DNA of 64,000 nucleotides, from contig CAWBAN010000005.1 in NCBI GenBank assembly GCA_963786935.1, positions 238,642 through 302,641 on the forward strand. Direction: 5' to 3'. Numbering within the stretch: position 1 is the stretch's first letter; the number at the start of each line of letters is the position of its first letter. This DNA comes from an uncultured bacterium (GTDB lineage: Bacteria > Krumholzibacteriota > Krumholzibacteriia > Krumholzibacteriales > Krumholzibacteriaceae). Position numbers and translations under genes: made by a program. Shown here piece by piece: positions 51,657 to 61,118 of the stretch. The notes beneath the pieces are model-generated. The model was given only the letters and a program-made list of their open reading frames with translations, did not search any database and was not told the DNA's origin.

Positions 51657-52522
51657 AGAGAGGTCTCGTTCTTCTCCTGCTTGCGATTTTGCCCGCCGCG
51701 ACGGCGGGCGCGACCGATTTCGAGCGCCCGAACCACCTTCGCGTCTCGGAGATCCTGTTCCCCGAAACAAGGGATTGGCAGGCGGTCGATTCGCTCCCCT
51801 CGCCCGGGATGGACGCGCTGCTGATGGACAGGGAGCGGCTGAGGGCCCAATACCTCAAGACGGAGCAACGCAGGGAGTCTCCCGAGTGCTCGTTCATCAC
51901 GAGAACGCTCGACGAGCATTTCGATCCGGAGCAATTCAGGATCGCCGACCTCGACGGGGATGGATTCGATGACGTCATATACTCCGGGCCGGCCCAGTGC
52001 GCGGAAGGGTATGCGGCCGTCATCTGGTTCGGGGGGGAGAACGGTCTCTCGACGAAAGCCGTAAAGGTCGTTTCGTTCGAGCTTCTCAAGGTCGAGGCAG
52101 GGGGGCAGAGAAGGTTGAGCAGCTGCATGCCGGGGTGCTGCGGAGATATCGTGGACGAATATTTCGTCGGGAAGCTCGTGAATCCGAGACTCCTCGCGCG
52201 GGTGCGTGTTCATCATAAGCTTTTGCTGCCGGGAGAAATGGAGCTTGTCAGCGAGGAATACGCTTCTCAAAGCAAGCTCGTTCTGCGGCACGCTCCGGTC
52301 GAGGATGACGAATACGATCGGAACATGAGCGAAGCCCTGGCCCATGCGGTGTTCGGCACGATCGTCGCCGAGTATCTTCCCGGGGCCAAAGGGCGCGTCG
52401 TGGCCCGTTTCACGGACGACAAAGGCGCGCGCTGGGGCTTATTGATCGTCGATGAGGCGAGCCATGCCCTGCGCGTCGGCGCCCCCGAGAGGATCAACGC
52501 CGGCTGGACGCGCATGAAATAG
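51653..52522 (+). CDS. exported hypothetical protein
   Basis: ATGA overlap with upstream gene, signal peptide, DLDGDG.DD Ca-binding-like loop. Confidence 0.65.
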   Translation: MKRGLVLLLLAILPAATAGATDFERPNHLRVSEILFPETRDWQAVDSLPSPGMDALLMDRERLRAQYLKTEQRRESPECSFITRTLDEHFDPEQFRIADLDGDGFDDVIYSGPAQCAEGYAAVIWFGGENGLSTKAVKVVSFELLKVEAGGQRRLSSCMPGCCGDIVDEYFVGKLVNPRLLARVRVHHKLLLPGEMELVSEEYASQSKLVLRHAPVEDDEYDRNMSEALAHAVFGTIVAEYLPGAKGRVVARFTDDKGARWGLLIVDEASHALRVGAPERINAGWTRMK

Positions 52523-52580
52523 AGAATCGCGGCGCCGGCCGCGGGCAGCATTCGAATTCTGAAAACAAGGAGGTTGAGCC

Positions 52581-53786
52581 ATGCCGGACACTTCGGGAGA
52601 ACGTCCCGCGGGGCGTGCGCGGCTCGACTCCGTCGATCTCCTTCGCGGCCTCGCGATGGTCGTCATGGCGCTCGACCACGTGCGCGACTTCTTCCATCGC
52701 TCAGGCTTCTATTCCTACGCCCATCTCGATCCGACCGATCTGAGCCGCACGTACCCGGCGCTGTTCGTCACGCGTTGGGTGACGCATTTTTGCGCGCCGG
52801 TGTTCGTGTTTCTCGCCGGGACGGGCGCCTTTCTCTACGCATCGCGCGGCAGGAGCCGGTCCGAGCTCTCGAGGTTCCTCCTCAAGCGCGGGCTGTTCCT
52901 CGTTCTCCTCGAGATGACCGTTCTCCACATCGGATGGTGGTTCCATCTCAATCTACTCGGGCAGCCGGTGCAGGTGATCTGGTGTCTCGGCTGGTCGATG
53001 GTCGCGCTGGCCGGACTGGTATATCTTCCCCTGTGGGCCATCACGACGTTCGGCGTCGCGATGATCGGCGCGCATAACCTGTTCGACGGCGTTCAGGCCC
53101 AGAACCTCGGCGCGTTCGGCTGGCTCTGGAAGATATTTCACGAGGGGGGCATGATCATGCCGTCGGATTACTTCGGCATGTACGTGAACTATCCCCTCAT
53201 CCCGTGGATCGGCGTGATGGCGGCCGGGTACGGTTTCGGGAGGCTCCTGCTTCTCGACCGGGCCGCGCGCCGCAGGTGGATGCTCGGGCTCGGCGGCGCG
53301 ATGATTCTCGTGTTCATCGTGCTGCGCGCGGCAAATCGCTACGGCGATCCGACGCCGTGGAGCGAGCAAAAGAGCGGGCTCTTCACGTTCTTCTCGTTCA
53401 TCAACACGTTCAAGTATCCGCCGTCGCTTTTGTTTCTCCTCATGACGCTCGGCCCCGCCATCACGGCGCTCGCGCTGTTCGATCGGGCTCCGGGGTGGTT
53501 TGGGCGCCGCCTCATCGTGTTCGGACGCGTCCCGTTGTTCTTTTATCTTCTGCACGTCTATCTCATTCACGCGCTCGCGGTGGCATTCGCCTATGCGCGC
53601 TACGGCCGGGCCACATGGCTTTTCATGCTTCCCGACTATCCTCCGCCGCCCGTCCCGCAGGACTACGGCTACGGTCTGCCCGTGGTTTATCTTGTCTGGA
53701 TTGCGGTCCTTCTGATGCTGTATCCTGTCTGCCGGTGGTACGCGGGCGTCAAGAGGCGCCGCGACGGATGGCTGAGCTATCTCTAG
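52581..53786 (+). CDS. DUF1624 / heparan-alpha-glucosaminide N-acetyltransferase-like membrane protein
   Basis: RLDSVDLLRG...MALDH.RD, TRW.TH.CAP.F, KYPPSL, GRVPLFFY. Confidence 0.88.
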   Translation: MPDTSGERPAGRARLDSVDLLRGLAMVVMALDHVRDFFHRSGFYSYAHLDPTDLSRTYPALFVTRWVTHFCAPVFVFLAGTGAFLYASRGRSRSELSRFLLKRGLFLVLLEMTVLHIGWWFHLNLLGQPVQVIWCLGWSMVALAGLVYLPLWAITTFGVAMIGAHNLFDGVQAQNLGAFGWLWKIFHEGGMIMPSDYFGMYVNYPLIPWIGVMAAGYGFGRLLLLDRAARRRWMLGLGGAMILVFIVLRAANRYGDPTPWSEQKSGLFTFFSFINTFKYPPSLLFLLMTLGPAITALALFDRAPGWFGRRLIVFGRVPLFFYLLHVYLIHALAVAFAYARYGRATWLFMLPDYPPPPVPQDYGYGLPVVYLVWIAVLLMLYPVCRWYAGVKRRRDGWLSYL

Positions 53787-53820
53787 AATGAGCGGGGAAT
53801 CGAAAGGTGGGCAAGGAGCT

Positions 53821-54735
53821 ATGAGGAATGCGGGGGTTCTACTGGCGGCATGTTTGATTCTCGCTTCGTGCAAAGGTGAGAGCCGGAAGGCGCCCGAGAG
53901 CCGGCAACCGGCCGAGAGCGCGCAGCCGGCCGACGCGATGATAAACGTCGGCACGCACAGCCTGCAGATGCACCGGGAGGGGACGGGAACGCCCGCGATC
54001 GTCATCGACGCCGGCATCACGGACGGCATCGACAAGCTGCGGCCGCTGCAGGCGACTCTTGCGAAGACGACGACCGTCATCACCTACAACCGGGCCGGTT
54101 ACGGGCAGAGCGAGCCCGGTCCGTTTCCCCGCGACGCCGCCCGCGAGGCGGATGAGCTGATGGCGCTGCTCGAGAAGGCGTCGGTGCCGGGTCCCTTCGT
54201 GCTCGTCGGCCACTCGCTCGGGGCGTTCAATGTCTTGATATTCGCGAATATGTATCCCGAGGACGTCGCCGGGCTGGTGCTCCTCGATCCGCCGCCGCTT
54301 TCGTTCACGCTCGGGCGGGAATACAAGGAGCTCGGCGCGATGGCCGCGGGGATGACCGCGCAATGGGAGGCGATCGCCGACTCGGCGGCGCAGTCCGCCG
54401 ATCCCGCTGACAAGGCGCGGTCCGCGTTCTTCCGGGCGATCGCTTCCGAGCATCGGGAAATGTTCGGCCCGAGCGCGAAGCTCGTCGAGGGGATCGCGAC
54501 GTTGGGCGATATGCCTCTCGTCGTGATGGCCGCGGGGAAGGCGAATCCGAATTTCGGGCCGATCGCCGAGGAATATCAGAAGTACTGGATCGAGCAGAGC
54601 CGCTCGCTCGCCGGCAAATCGACGAACGCCAAGTTCGTGATCGCCCCGGAGTCCTCGCATTATCTCTATCTCGATGCGCCGGAGCTCGTGGCCGAGAGCA
54701 TTCTCTCGGTCGCGAGCGACGCCCGGGCAAAGTGA
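53821..54735 (+). CDS. alpha/beta hydrolase lipoprotein
   Basis: Lipobox LASC, RAGYG.S, GHSLG, C-terminal His. Confidence 0.88.
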   Translation: MRNAGVLLAACLILASCKGESRKAPESRQPAESAQPADAMINVGTHSLQMHREGTGTPAIVIDAGITDGIDKLRPLQATLAKTTTVITYNRAGYGQSEPGPFPRDAAREADELMALLEKASVPGPFVLVGHSLGAFNVLIFANMYPEDVAGLVLLDPPPLSFTLGREYKELGAMAAGMTAQWEAIADSAAQSADPADKARSAFFRAIASEHREMFGPSAKLVEGIATLGDMPLVVMAAGKANPNFGPIAEEYQKYWIEQSRSLAGKSTNAKFVIAPESSHYLYLDAPELVAESILSVASDARAK

Positions 54736-54776
54736 TGTTCTATGGCCGGATCGATTCATACGGAAGGGAGATTCGT

Positions 54777-56177
54777 ATGCGATTGGTGACGAGAGCCGTG
54801 CTCGCGGCACTGCTGACGCTTGCCGTGTGCGCGGCGGCCGGCTGCGGCGACAACGGGACCGAACCCGAGAAGAAGAATCCGACTCCCACCTGGAGGCACC
54901 TCTGGAGCAAGCGCTTCGGCGACGCGAGCTCGCAGTTCGCCCGCGCCGTCGCCGTCGATACGCTCGGGAACTCGATCGTCACCGGCTACTTCACCGGCGC
55001 AGTCGATTTCGGCGGCGGCGCGCTCACGAGCGCGGGCGGGTACGACATCTATCTGGCGAAGCTCGCGCCCACCGGCGCGCACGTCTGGAGCAAGCGCTTC
55101 GGCGACGTCAGCGAGCAGACCGTGCAGGGCGTCGCGGTCGACCGAAACGGGAACGTCATCATCGCGGGGTATTTCAACGGCACCGTCGATTTCGGCGGGG
55201 GCACGCTCACGAGCGCGGGGCTGCGCGACATCTTCGTCGCGAAATTCGCTCCCGACGGCACGCATCGCTGGAGCAAGCGCTTCGGCGACTCGAACTATCA
55301 GGCCGCGAACGCGCTCGCCGTGGATTCGGACGGGAACGTCATTCTCGCGGGCGTCTTCATGGGCACGTTCGACCTCGGCGGCGGCTCGCTCGCGGGGGCG
55401 GGCGGCTGGGACGTCTTCGTGGCGAAGCTCGACTCCAACGGGGTCCACGTCTGGAGCGACGGCTTCGGCGACGGGAACAACCAGTATGCGCCGGCCGTTG
55501 CCGTCGACCACGCGAACAACGTGTTCGTCGCGGGATACTTTCAGGGTGCGGTCGATTTCGGCGGCGGCGCGCTCACGAGCGCGGGCGCCGAAGACGTCTT
55601 TCTCGCGAAATTCACCTCCGGCGGCGCTCATGACTGGAGCAAGCGCTTCGGCGACGTGAGCACCGATCAGCAGGCGTGGGGCGTGGCGATCGACGGCTCG
55701 GGGAACGCGATAATCGCGGGGCGTTTCACCGGCACCATGAATTTCGGCGGGGATCCGCTCTCGGCCGGCGGCGGGCAGCCGGACATTTTCGTCGCCAAAT
55801 TCACCTCCGGCGGCACCCACGTCTGGAGCAAGCAGTTCGGCGACTCGTACGCTCAATCGGCCTGGTCCGTCGCCGTCGATCCTTCGGACAACGTGCTGAT
55901 CGCAGGAGGCTTCTACATGAGCGTCGACTTCGGCGGAGGCGCCCTTTCGAGCGGCGGAGCGAGCGACGCCTTTCTCGCGAAGCTCACACCCGACGGCGCG
56001 CACCTCTGGAGCAAGGGATTCGGCGACGCCGCCTATCAGGAGGCGCAGGCCGTCGCGGCGGACGTCGCCGGGAACGCGTTCCTCGCGGGGTATTTCTCGG
56101 GCGGCATGGATCTCGGCGGCGGCAGGCTCGACAGCGCCGGGAACGAGGACGGCTTCATCGCGAAATTCGGGCTGTGA
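54777..56177 (+). CDS. seven-bladed beta-propeller lipoprotein (paralog of 40351-41763)
   Basis: Lipobox AAGC; seven WSK.FGD repeats. Confidence 0.85.
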   Translation: MRLVTRAVLAALLTLAVCAAAGCGDNGTEPEKKNPTPTWRHLWSKRFGDASSQFARAVAVDTLGNSIVTGYFTGAVDFGGGALTSAGGYDIYLAKLAPTGAHVWSKRFGDVSEQTVQGVAVDRNGNVIIAGYFNGTVDFGGGTLTSAGLRDIFVAKFAPDGTHRWSKRFGDSNYQAANALAVDSDGNVILAGVFMGTFDLGGGSLAGAGGWDVFVAKLDSNGVHVWSDGFGDGNNQYAPAVAVDHANNVFVAGYFQGAVDFGGGALTSAGAEDVFLAKFTSGGAHDWSKRFGDVSTDQQAWGVAIDGSGNAIIAGRFTGTMNFGGDPLSAGGGQPDIFVAKFTSGGTHVWSKQFGDSYAQSAWSVAVDPSDNVLIAGGFYMSVDFGGGALSSGGASDAFLAKLTPDGAHLWSKGFGDAAYQEAQAVAADVAGNAFLAGYFSGGMDLGGGRLDSAGNEDGFIAKFGL

Positions 56178-56290
56178 GGATCCCGATCGCCCGGTCGATA
56201 TTTGCGCCGGCATTCCCCTTGATCGGGATATCGATTCGGAATAGAATAGTCCCAGCCTGGGGGAGGCAATCCATAAAAGGAGGGGACGTT

Positions 56291-56829
56291 ATGCGGTATA
56301 GCGTGAAGGTGATTCTCGCCGCTTGTCTGCTCGCCGCCATCGCGGCGCCCGCGAGCGCAGATCCGGTGCAGTGGCCGACGAACGGGCACTGGTACGAGGT
56401 CGTCGATCCATCGGGAGGGCTCACGTGGGCGGACGCCAGTCTGGCCGCGCAGGGGAGGATGTGGATGGGGCTTCAGGGGCACCTCGCGACCATCACGAGC
56501 CAGGAGGAACAGGATTTTGTCACCGCCATGCTCGGCACCGCCAACTGCTGGCTCGCCGGATACCAGGATCCGACGAGCTCTCCCCTGCCGCCGATTGGCA
56601 CTGGCAAACCTCCGAGACCTGGAGCTACACGAACTGGCAGCCGGGCGAGCCCAACGACTACTATGGTCCGGGAGTCGAGTCGTGCCTGCAGATCTACAAC
56701 TTCGGCAAATGGAATGACGTTCGCTGCATCGAGAATAACAGCTACCTCGTGGAATACGACGGGCTCGTCTCCGTCGAGCCGACGACATGGGGGAGCATCA
56801 AGGAGCTCTTCGACGCTTCTTCGAAGTGA
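56291..56829 (+). CDS. secreted C-type lectin domain protein with TWGxIK tail; frameshift at about 56575
   Basis: NGHWY, LTW..A, GHLATITS.EE, YTNW.PGEPN, C, WND..C; ends VSVEPTTWGSIKELF. Confidence 0.8.
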
Positions 56830-56898
56830 ACGCGGCGGGATAGCGTCTTTCCGCTATAACCTCGAATGCGGGCACAAGGCCGACAAAGGAGCGTTATT

Positions 56899-57246
56899 GT
56901 GACTCAATTCAATGCGATGACGGATCGCCCGACGATCATCCGATCCGTCGCCTCCAGGCGGCGCCGGGAGACAATCTCCATGATCATCGCCTTCGTAATA
57001 ATGCTGATTCTGCTCGCCCGTATCCTTGCGACGAGTCGAATCGAATACGGACTCGCAATGGCGGTCGTGTTGGCCCTGCTCGCCCCGTACCTTGCCCGGG
57101 AAACGTTCTCCAATCTCAACTCGCGATGCCCCGCGTGCAAGGGTGTCATGGGATCGGTGATCGTCCGGGCCCGGTTCTGCCCGATGTGCGGAACGCAGCT
57201 CGTGCCCGACGAGAAGCTCGACAGGCCTGCCGAAGGGCGTCAGTAG
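56899..57246 (+). CDS. 2-TM membrane protein with C-terminal zinc ribbon
   Basis: AAGGAG RBS; RCPAC...FCPMCG..L. Confidence 0.75.
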   Translation: MTQFNAMTDRPTIIRSVASRRRRETISMIIAFVIMLILLARILATSRIEYGLAMAVVLALLAPYLARETFSNLNSRCPACKGVMGSVIVRARFCPMCGTQLVPDEKLDRPAEGRQ

Positions 57247-57359
57247 GATTTACAATTGAATAATGTGTCGATGTACAGTAGGGTGCCTTCAACCCGGGGG
57301 AAGGCATCTACGCTGACGCAGCAAGGGAATCGTACCTCTCACACAAGGAGATGGGGCAC

Positions 57360-57515
57360 ATGAACGTGACCAAGAACCTGGGAATGCTCTTGCTCGGCAT
57401 CTGGCTCATCCTGAGCGGGCTCATCGGATTGATTCACCTCAGCTTTGCGGGCCTGTTCCCGGTCATGGGGATCCTCGCCATCGTTGCCGGTATCTTGATC
57501 CTGCTCGGCAAGTAA
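57360..57515 (+). CDS. 51-aa two-helix membrane protein (absent from the ORF track)
   Basis: AAGGAG RBS; MNVTKNLGMLLLGIWLILSGLIGLIHLSFAGLFPVMGILAIVAGILILLGK*. Confidence 0.75.
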   Translation: MNVTKNLGMLLLGIWLILSGLIGLIHLSFAGLFPVMGILAIVAGILILLGK

Positions 57516-57541
57516 GCCGCGCCCTCGGAGGAGGAATCCGG

Positions 57542-57580
57542 TTGACCGCTCATTCGCCGTGGGCTATACTTGGTATAGCC
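57542..57580 (+). promoter_or_regulatory. mazEF promoter with palindromic operator
   Basis: TTGACC-17-TATACT; perfect inverted repeat GGCTATAC-ttg-GTATAGCC covering the -10. Confidence 0.8.
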
Positions 57581-57595
57581 TGAGGAGGTGTCCGT

Positions 57596-57844
57596 ATGGT
57601 CACGAGGATTCAAAAATGGGGCAACAGTCAAGGCCTTCGACTCGGCAAGCAGGTGCTCGAGGATGCGCGCATCGCCGTCGGAGACTCGGTCGACGTGGCG
57701 GCGCGGGACGGCGTGATCGTCATCGCTCCGGTTAAACGCATACGAGGCAAGCAGAGCCTGCGGGAGCTGGTGTCGCGGATTCCAAGGAACTACAGGCCCG
57801 GGGAGCTTGACTGGGGGAGACCGAGGGGCAGGGAGGTGTGGTAG
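57596..57844 (+). CDS. mazE: AbrB/MazE antitoxin
   Basis: IQKWGNSQGLR; ELDWG.P.G.EVW. Confidence 0.93.
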   Translation: MVTRIQKWGNSQGLRLGKQVLEDARIAVGDSVDVAARDGVIVIAPVKRIRGKQSLRELVSRIPRNYRPGELDWGRPRGREVW

Positions 57845-58180
57845 ATGAAATCCTACGTTCCGAAGAAAGGCGACCTTATCGCCGTCACCTTCGATCCACA
57901 GTCCGGGCATGAGCAGAGGGGCCGCCGGCCCGCGCTCGTGGTGAGCAACGCGTTGTTCAACGAGCATACGGGGCTCGCCATCGTCTGTCCGTTGACCCAG
58001 ACGGACAGGCGTTATCCTTTTCATGTGGCGGTGGCGGACGTTCCGGACGTGACGGGATTCGTCATGGTCGAGCAGGTCAAGTCGATCGATTTTCGCGCGC
58101 GCAAGGCCAAGCGCATCGGGAGGGCTTCCGACGGCGTTCTTGAAGAAGTGCTCTCCATACTCGATGCGTGCATTTTCTAA
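57845..58180 (+). CDS. mazF: MazF/PemK endoribonuclease toxin
   Basis: YVP..GD, FDPQ.GHEQ.G.RPALVVS, CPLT, QVKSID. Confidence 0.94.
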   Translation: MKSYVPKKGDLIAVTFDPQSGHEQRGRRPALVVSNALFNEHTGLAIVCPLTQTDRRYPFHVAVADVPDVTGFVMVEQVKSIDFRARKAKRIGRASDGVLEEVLSILDACIF

Positions 58181-58270
58181 GATGCGGAACGCAGCTTGTA
58201 CCCGTGGATGCCGGCCGATACCCTGGATGATTTGAGATCTAATCGGAACTCTGACTCGCCATGATCGGGG

Positions 58271-59666
58271 GTGTGTTCCTTGGTCTCGTCATTTCCGCTC
58301 ACCTTTGCATTGATTCTCACCGCCTTCGCGCCCGCCGCGACGGGCGCGCAACAGGCTCCCGAACGCGACGTCTTTGCGTTCGTGCGCGCCCTGGACGACG
58401 CCGGTGCGAGGCACGTCTGGCCGGGGTTCGATCCCTCGGAGTGGCCGATAGCGCTCTTCGACGGACAGCAGACCATTCTGCTTCGCCACCCCAGCCCGCC
58501 TCCCGAGTTCGCTCCCATGCCCGGCCGGCCCGGCGTCTTCGTCATGAACGGACGGCACCCGGCCGTCGTCTGGAACTCGACGAAGGATATCGGCGGCGTG
58601 CGAACCGCCACGGTCATCGCGACGCCGGATCAAGAGGTCGAGAGCACCATGCTCGCGTGCATCGAGGAGGTCTTCCACGTGTTCTGGCTCGGCCGGCACA
58701 CGAACTTCCGCCCGAATGAGATGGCGCGCTACGCCTACCCGGTCAAGGACAGCCTGAATCTCCAGCGCATCTTGGCGGAAGACGAGGCGCTCGCACGCGC
58801 GCTCGATGCGGAAGATTTGCGGGAGGCGGCCGGATGGGCGGCCGCGGCTATCCGGATCCGCCACGAGCGTTTGCCCCAGTTATCCGACGACGACCGCGCG
58901 TTCGAGACGGGACTCGAGATGATGGAAGGGACGGCCAACTATGTCGCCAGGGTCGCCGTCGGCCAGAAGGGAGAGGCGACCGCCGCCCGCCTGCGTACCG
59001 AACGGCAGCCCGATCAGATCCGGTGGCGCCTCTACGACACGGGCGCAGCGATGTGCTTTCTGCTGGACCGGTTCCAGCCAGACTGGAAAGCCCTCATCGA
59101 CCGCGAGCTCGAACGAACTACCGCCGACCTTCTCGAAACAGCCGTTGCGCGCATGGATGTGCGGCCGGCGGCGTTCTCCGCACCCGAGACGAGGCGCTTC
59201 GAGGACAGGGCCGCAAGCGGCATCGCGGCGCTGTCGGAGCGGCAGCGGGCGGCTCGCGAGGATCTGCTCGGGCGCGGCAGGGACTCGCATCGTTATCGAG
59301 GTCGCGGGCGATGCCGAACCGCTGCGTGTCACGCGGTTCGACCCGATTAATCTGTTCGTGCTCGACGGGGGCGAGGTGATCCATCCCAATTACATCACGT
59401 TCACCAACCCGAGCGGCACCATCGAGCTCACCAACCCGGGTTTTGCGAGGGGTTCGTTCGCGGGCACCGTCGCGCTGACCCGCGCGGCCGGCCGTCATCC
59501 GGTCGCCGACGGAGTCCGGGCATTGACAATCGTCGGAGTGAGGGGCGCGCCGCGGGTCGATCGCAGCGACGGCAGATTGACTATCGAAGCAGAAGGTGTG
59601 CGCATCGCGCTGCAGGGAGCCGACGTGCGCACCGCGGGCGATACGCTCCGCATCAGTCTGCCATAA
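58271..59666 (+). CDS. exported hypothetical protein (peptidase-like fold possible); frameshift at about 59275
   Basis: Signal-like N-terminus; EEVFH, EGTANY, FDPIN; joins ORFs 58271-59350 and 58941-59666. Confidence 0.6.
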
Positions 59667-59720
59667 GGAAGAAATGGACGCTTGTCCGGTTCGCGCACCG
59701 GCGGCGAGGAGGTTCTCTGC

Positions 59721-60689
59721 ATGAGGGACAGGTCGATCAAGCTCGCGATTTTCGTCTGCGCTTGCCTGGCCGCTTTCGCGGCCCCGGCCGAATCGGCATC
59801 CTCGCCGCGAGGCGATTCGAGCCTGGATAAGGAATATCAACTGGCCGGCGAACGCTCGCGGGAGACGCAATATTTCCTGATGGAATCCCGGCTCATCACC
59901 TATGCGCTCGACGGAAAGCGCGTCGGCACGGACATCTTCCGGCTTCGCCTCAAATGCGTTCCCGCCGGAATCGGCGGGAGAGAGGGCGACGAATATACCT
60001 GCGCGCGTTTCACCCTGCAGCAGGGAGATGCGCCGGAGATGGAAATTCCCGCGCTCGAGAATTGGACGTACGTGTTGAACAAGGCCGGGATGGACGAGAA
60101 GGGCCAGGTGTTCGGAATCGATCACGCCAAGTTCGAGAATCTCACGAATAGCGCCGGCGCGGTCCTTTCGCCCGACAAGGCCTATCACGTCTACAACGCC
60201 TTCATCGATTTTCATTCGTTCGGGGACGTGTTCGCGGTGAGCGCCGGTGAAGGCAAGGGCATTCAGGATCTGAAGAGGATCGGTCAAAAGATCGTTCATG
60301 CGGCGTCGTTCTCCGAGCCTCCGGTGAATCTGGGGAGCAATATCGCCGAAGGCTCGTATTTCAGGAACGGCGAGATAACGCTGGAATTTAAGGGGCTCGG
60401 CATGGTGAACGGCCGGACCTGCGCCATTCTGGAGTACGATTCGGGCGAGAGCTCGTTCAAGATGATCATGCGGCCGATGCCGAACATGGAGATTCAGGCC
60501 GTGGGGAGCTCTCACTATCGTGGAGATATCTTCAAGGACCTCGCGTCGAACTGGGTGCAGAAGGCCACCCTGAACGAGCTCGTCGTGAGCGAGACGGCGC
60601 TGCCCATGCCGCCGAACAAGATCAATTCCGTCGTGGAGCGCATCATCCTCATCCGCAACGTGGACGAGAAGGAATTCGGTTCACGTTAG
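59721..60689 (+). CDS. exported hypothetical protein
   Basis: GGAGG RBS, signal peptide, clean long ORF. Confidence 0.7.
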   Translation: MRDRSIKLAIFVCACLAAFAAPAESASSPRGDSSLDKEYQLAGERSRETQYFLMESRLITYALDGKRVGTDIFRLRLKCVPAGIGGREGDEYTCARFTLQQGDAPEMEIPALENWTYVLNKAGMDEKGQVFGIDHAKFENLTNSAGAVLSPDKAYHVYNAFIDFHSFGDVFAVSAGEGKGIQDLKRIGQKIVHAASFSEPPVNLGSNIAEGSYFRNGEITLEFKGLGMVNGRTCAILEYDSGESSFKMIMRPMPNMEIQAVGSSHYRGDIFKDLASNWVQKATLNELVVSETALPMPPNKINSVVERIILIRNVDEKEFGSR

Positions 60690-60737
60690 GGCATGGGGAG
60701 CGGCGCCCGGGCATGAAACCGACAAAGGAGCGTGACG

Positions 60738-61100
60738 ATGTCTCAATTCACCGCGGTAACGGATCGAGCGACGATCATTCGAATCATGGCCTCCAAGAGG
60801 CGCCGGGATTTGGTTTCCACGATTGTCACGGTGGTCATCCCCATCGCCGGGATCGCCTATGTCATCGCAACGGACCGACTCGGCTACGGTTTTCCGCTGA
60901 GGCCCCTGTTGGTCCTGGCGCTCGTGGCTCTCATAGGGTCTGCCTACTCGTACGTGAACTCGCGATGCCCCGCATGCGACACGCCGATCGGCGCGGCAGT
61001 CAGGCGCGCCCGCTATTGTCCGGGATGCGGAACGCAGCTCGTGCCCGACGAAAAGCTCATCAGGCCCGCCGCCCCGCCCGCGGATCAGGGGCAGCGCTAG
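60738..61100 (+). CDS. 2-TM zinc-ribbon membrane protein (paralog of 56899-57246)
   Basis: NSRCPAC...AR.CP.CGTQLVPDEKL shared with the paralog. Confidence 0.75.
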   Translation: MSQFTAVTDRATIIRIMASKRRRDLVSTIVTVVIPIAGIAYVIATDRLGYGFPLRPLLVLALVALIGSAYSYVNSRCPACDTPIGAAVRRARYCPGCGTQLVPDEKLIRPAAPPADQGQR

Positions 61101-61118
61101 CCTGAGAGGAGCTTGCGC

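Noticed and set aside
49888..52522. Large fusion ORFs 49888-51972 and 50654-52522
   Set aside because: They are chimeras of GT4, GH130 and the downstream gene created by frameshifts
4508..58180. RtcB as repair partner for MazF-cleaved RNA
   Set aside because: The genes are over 50 kb apart in unrelated blocks, and the RtcB-like gene is embedded in the EPS operon
42749..59666. Programmed frameshifting or mass pseudogenisation
   Set aside because: Shifts occur at heterogeneous non-slippery sites, are mostly +1 insertions and lack nonsense codons; sequencing error is more parsimonious
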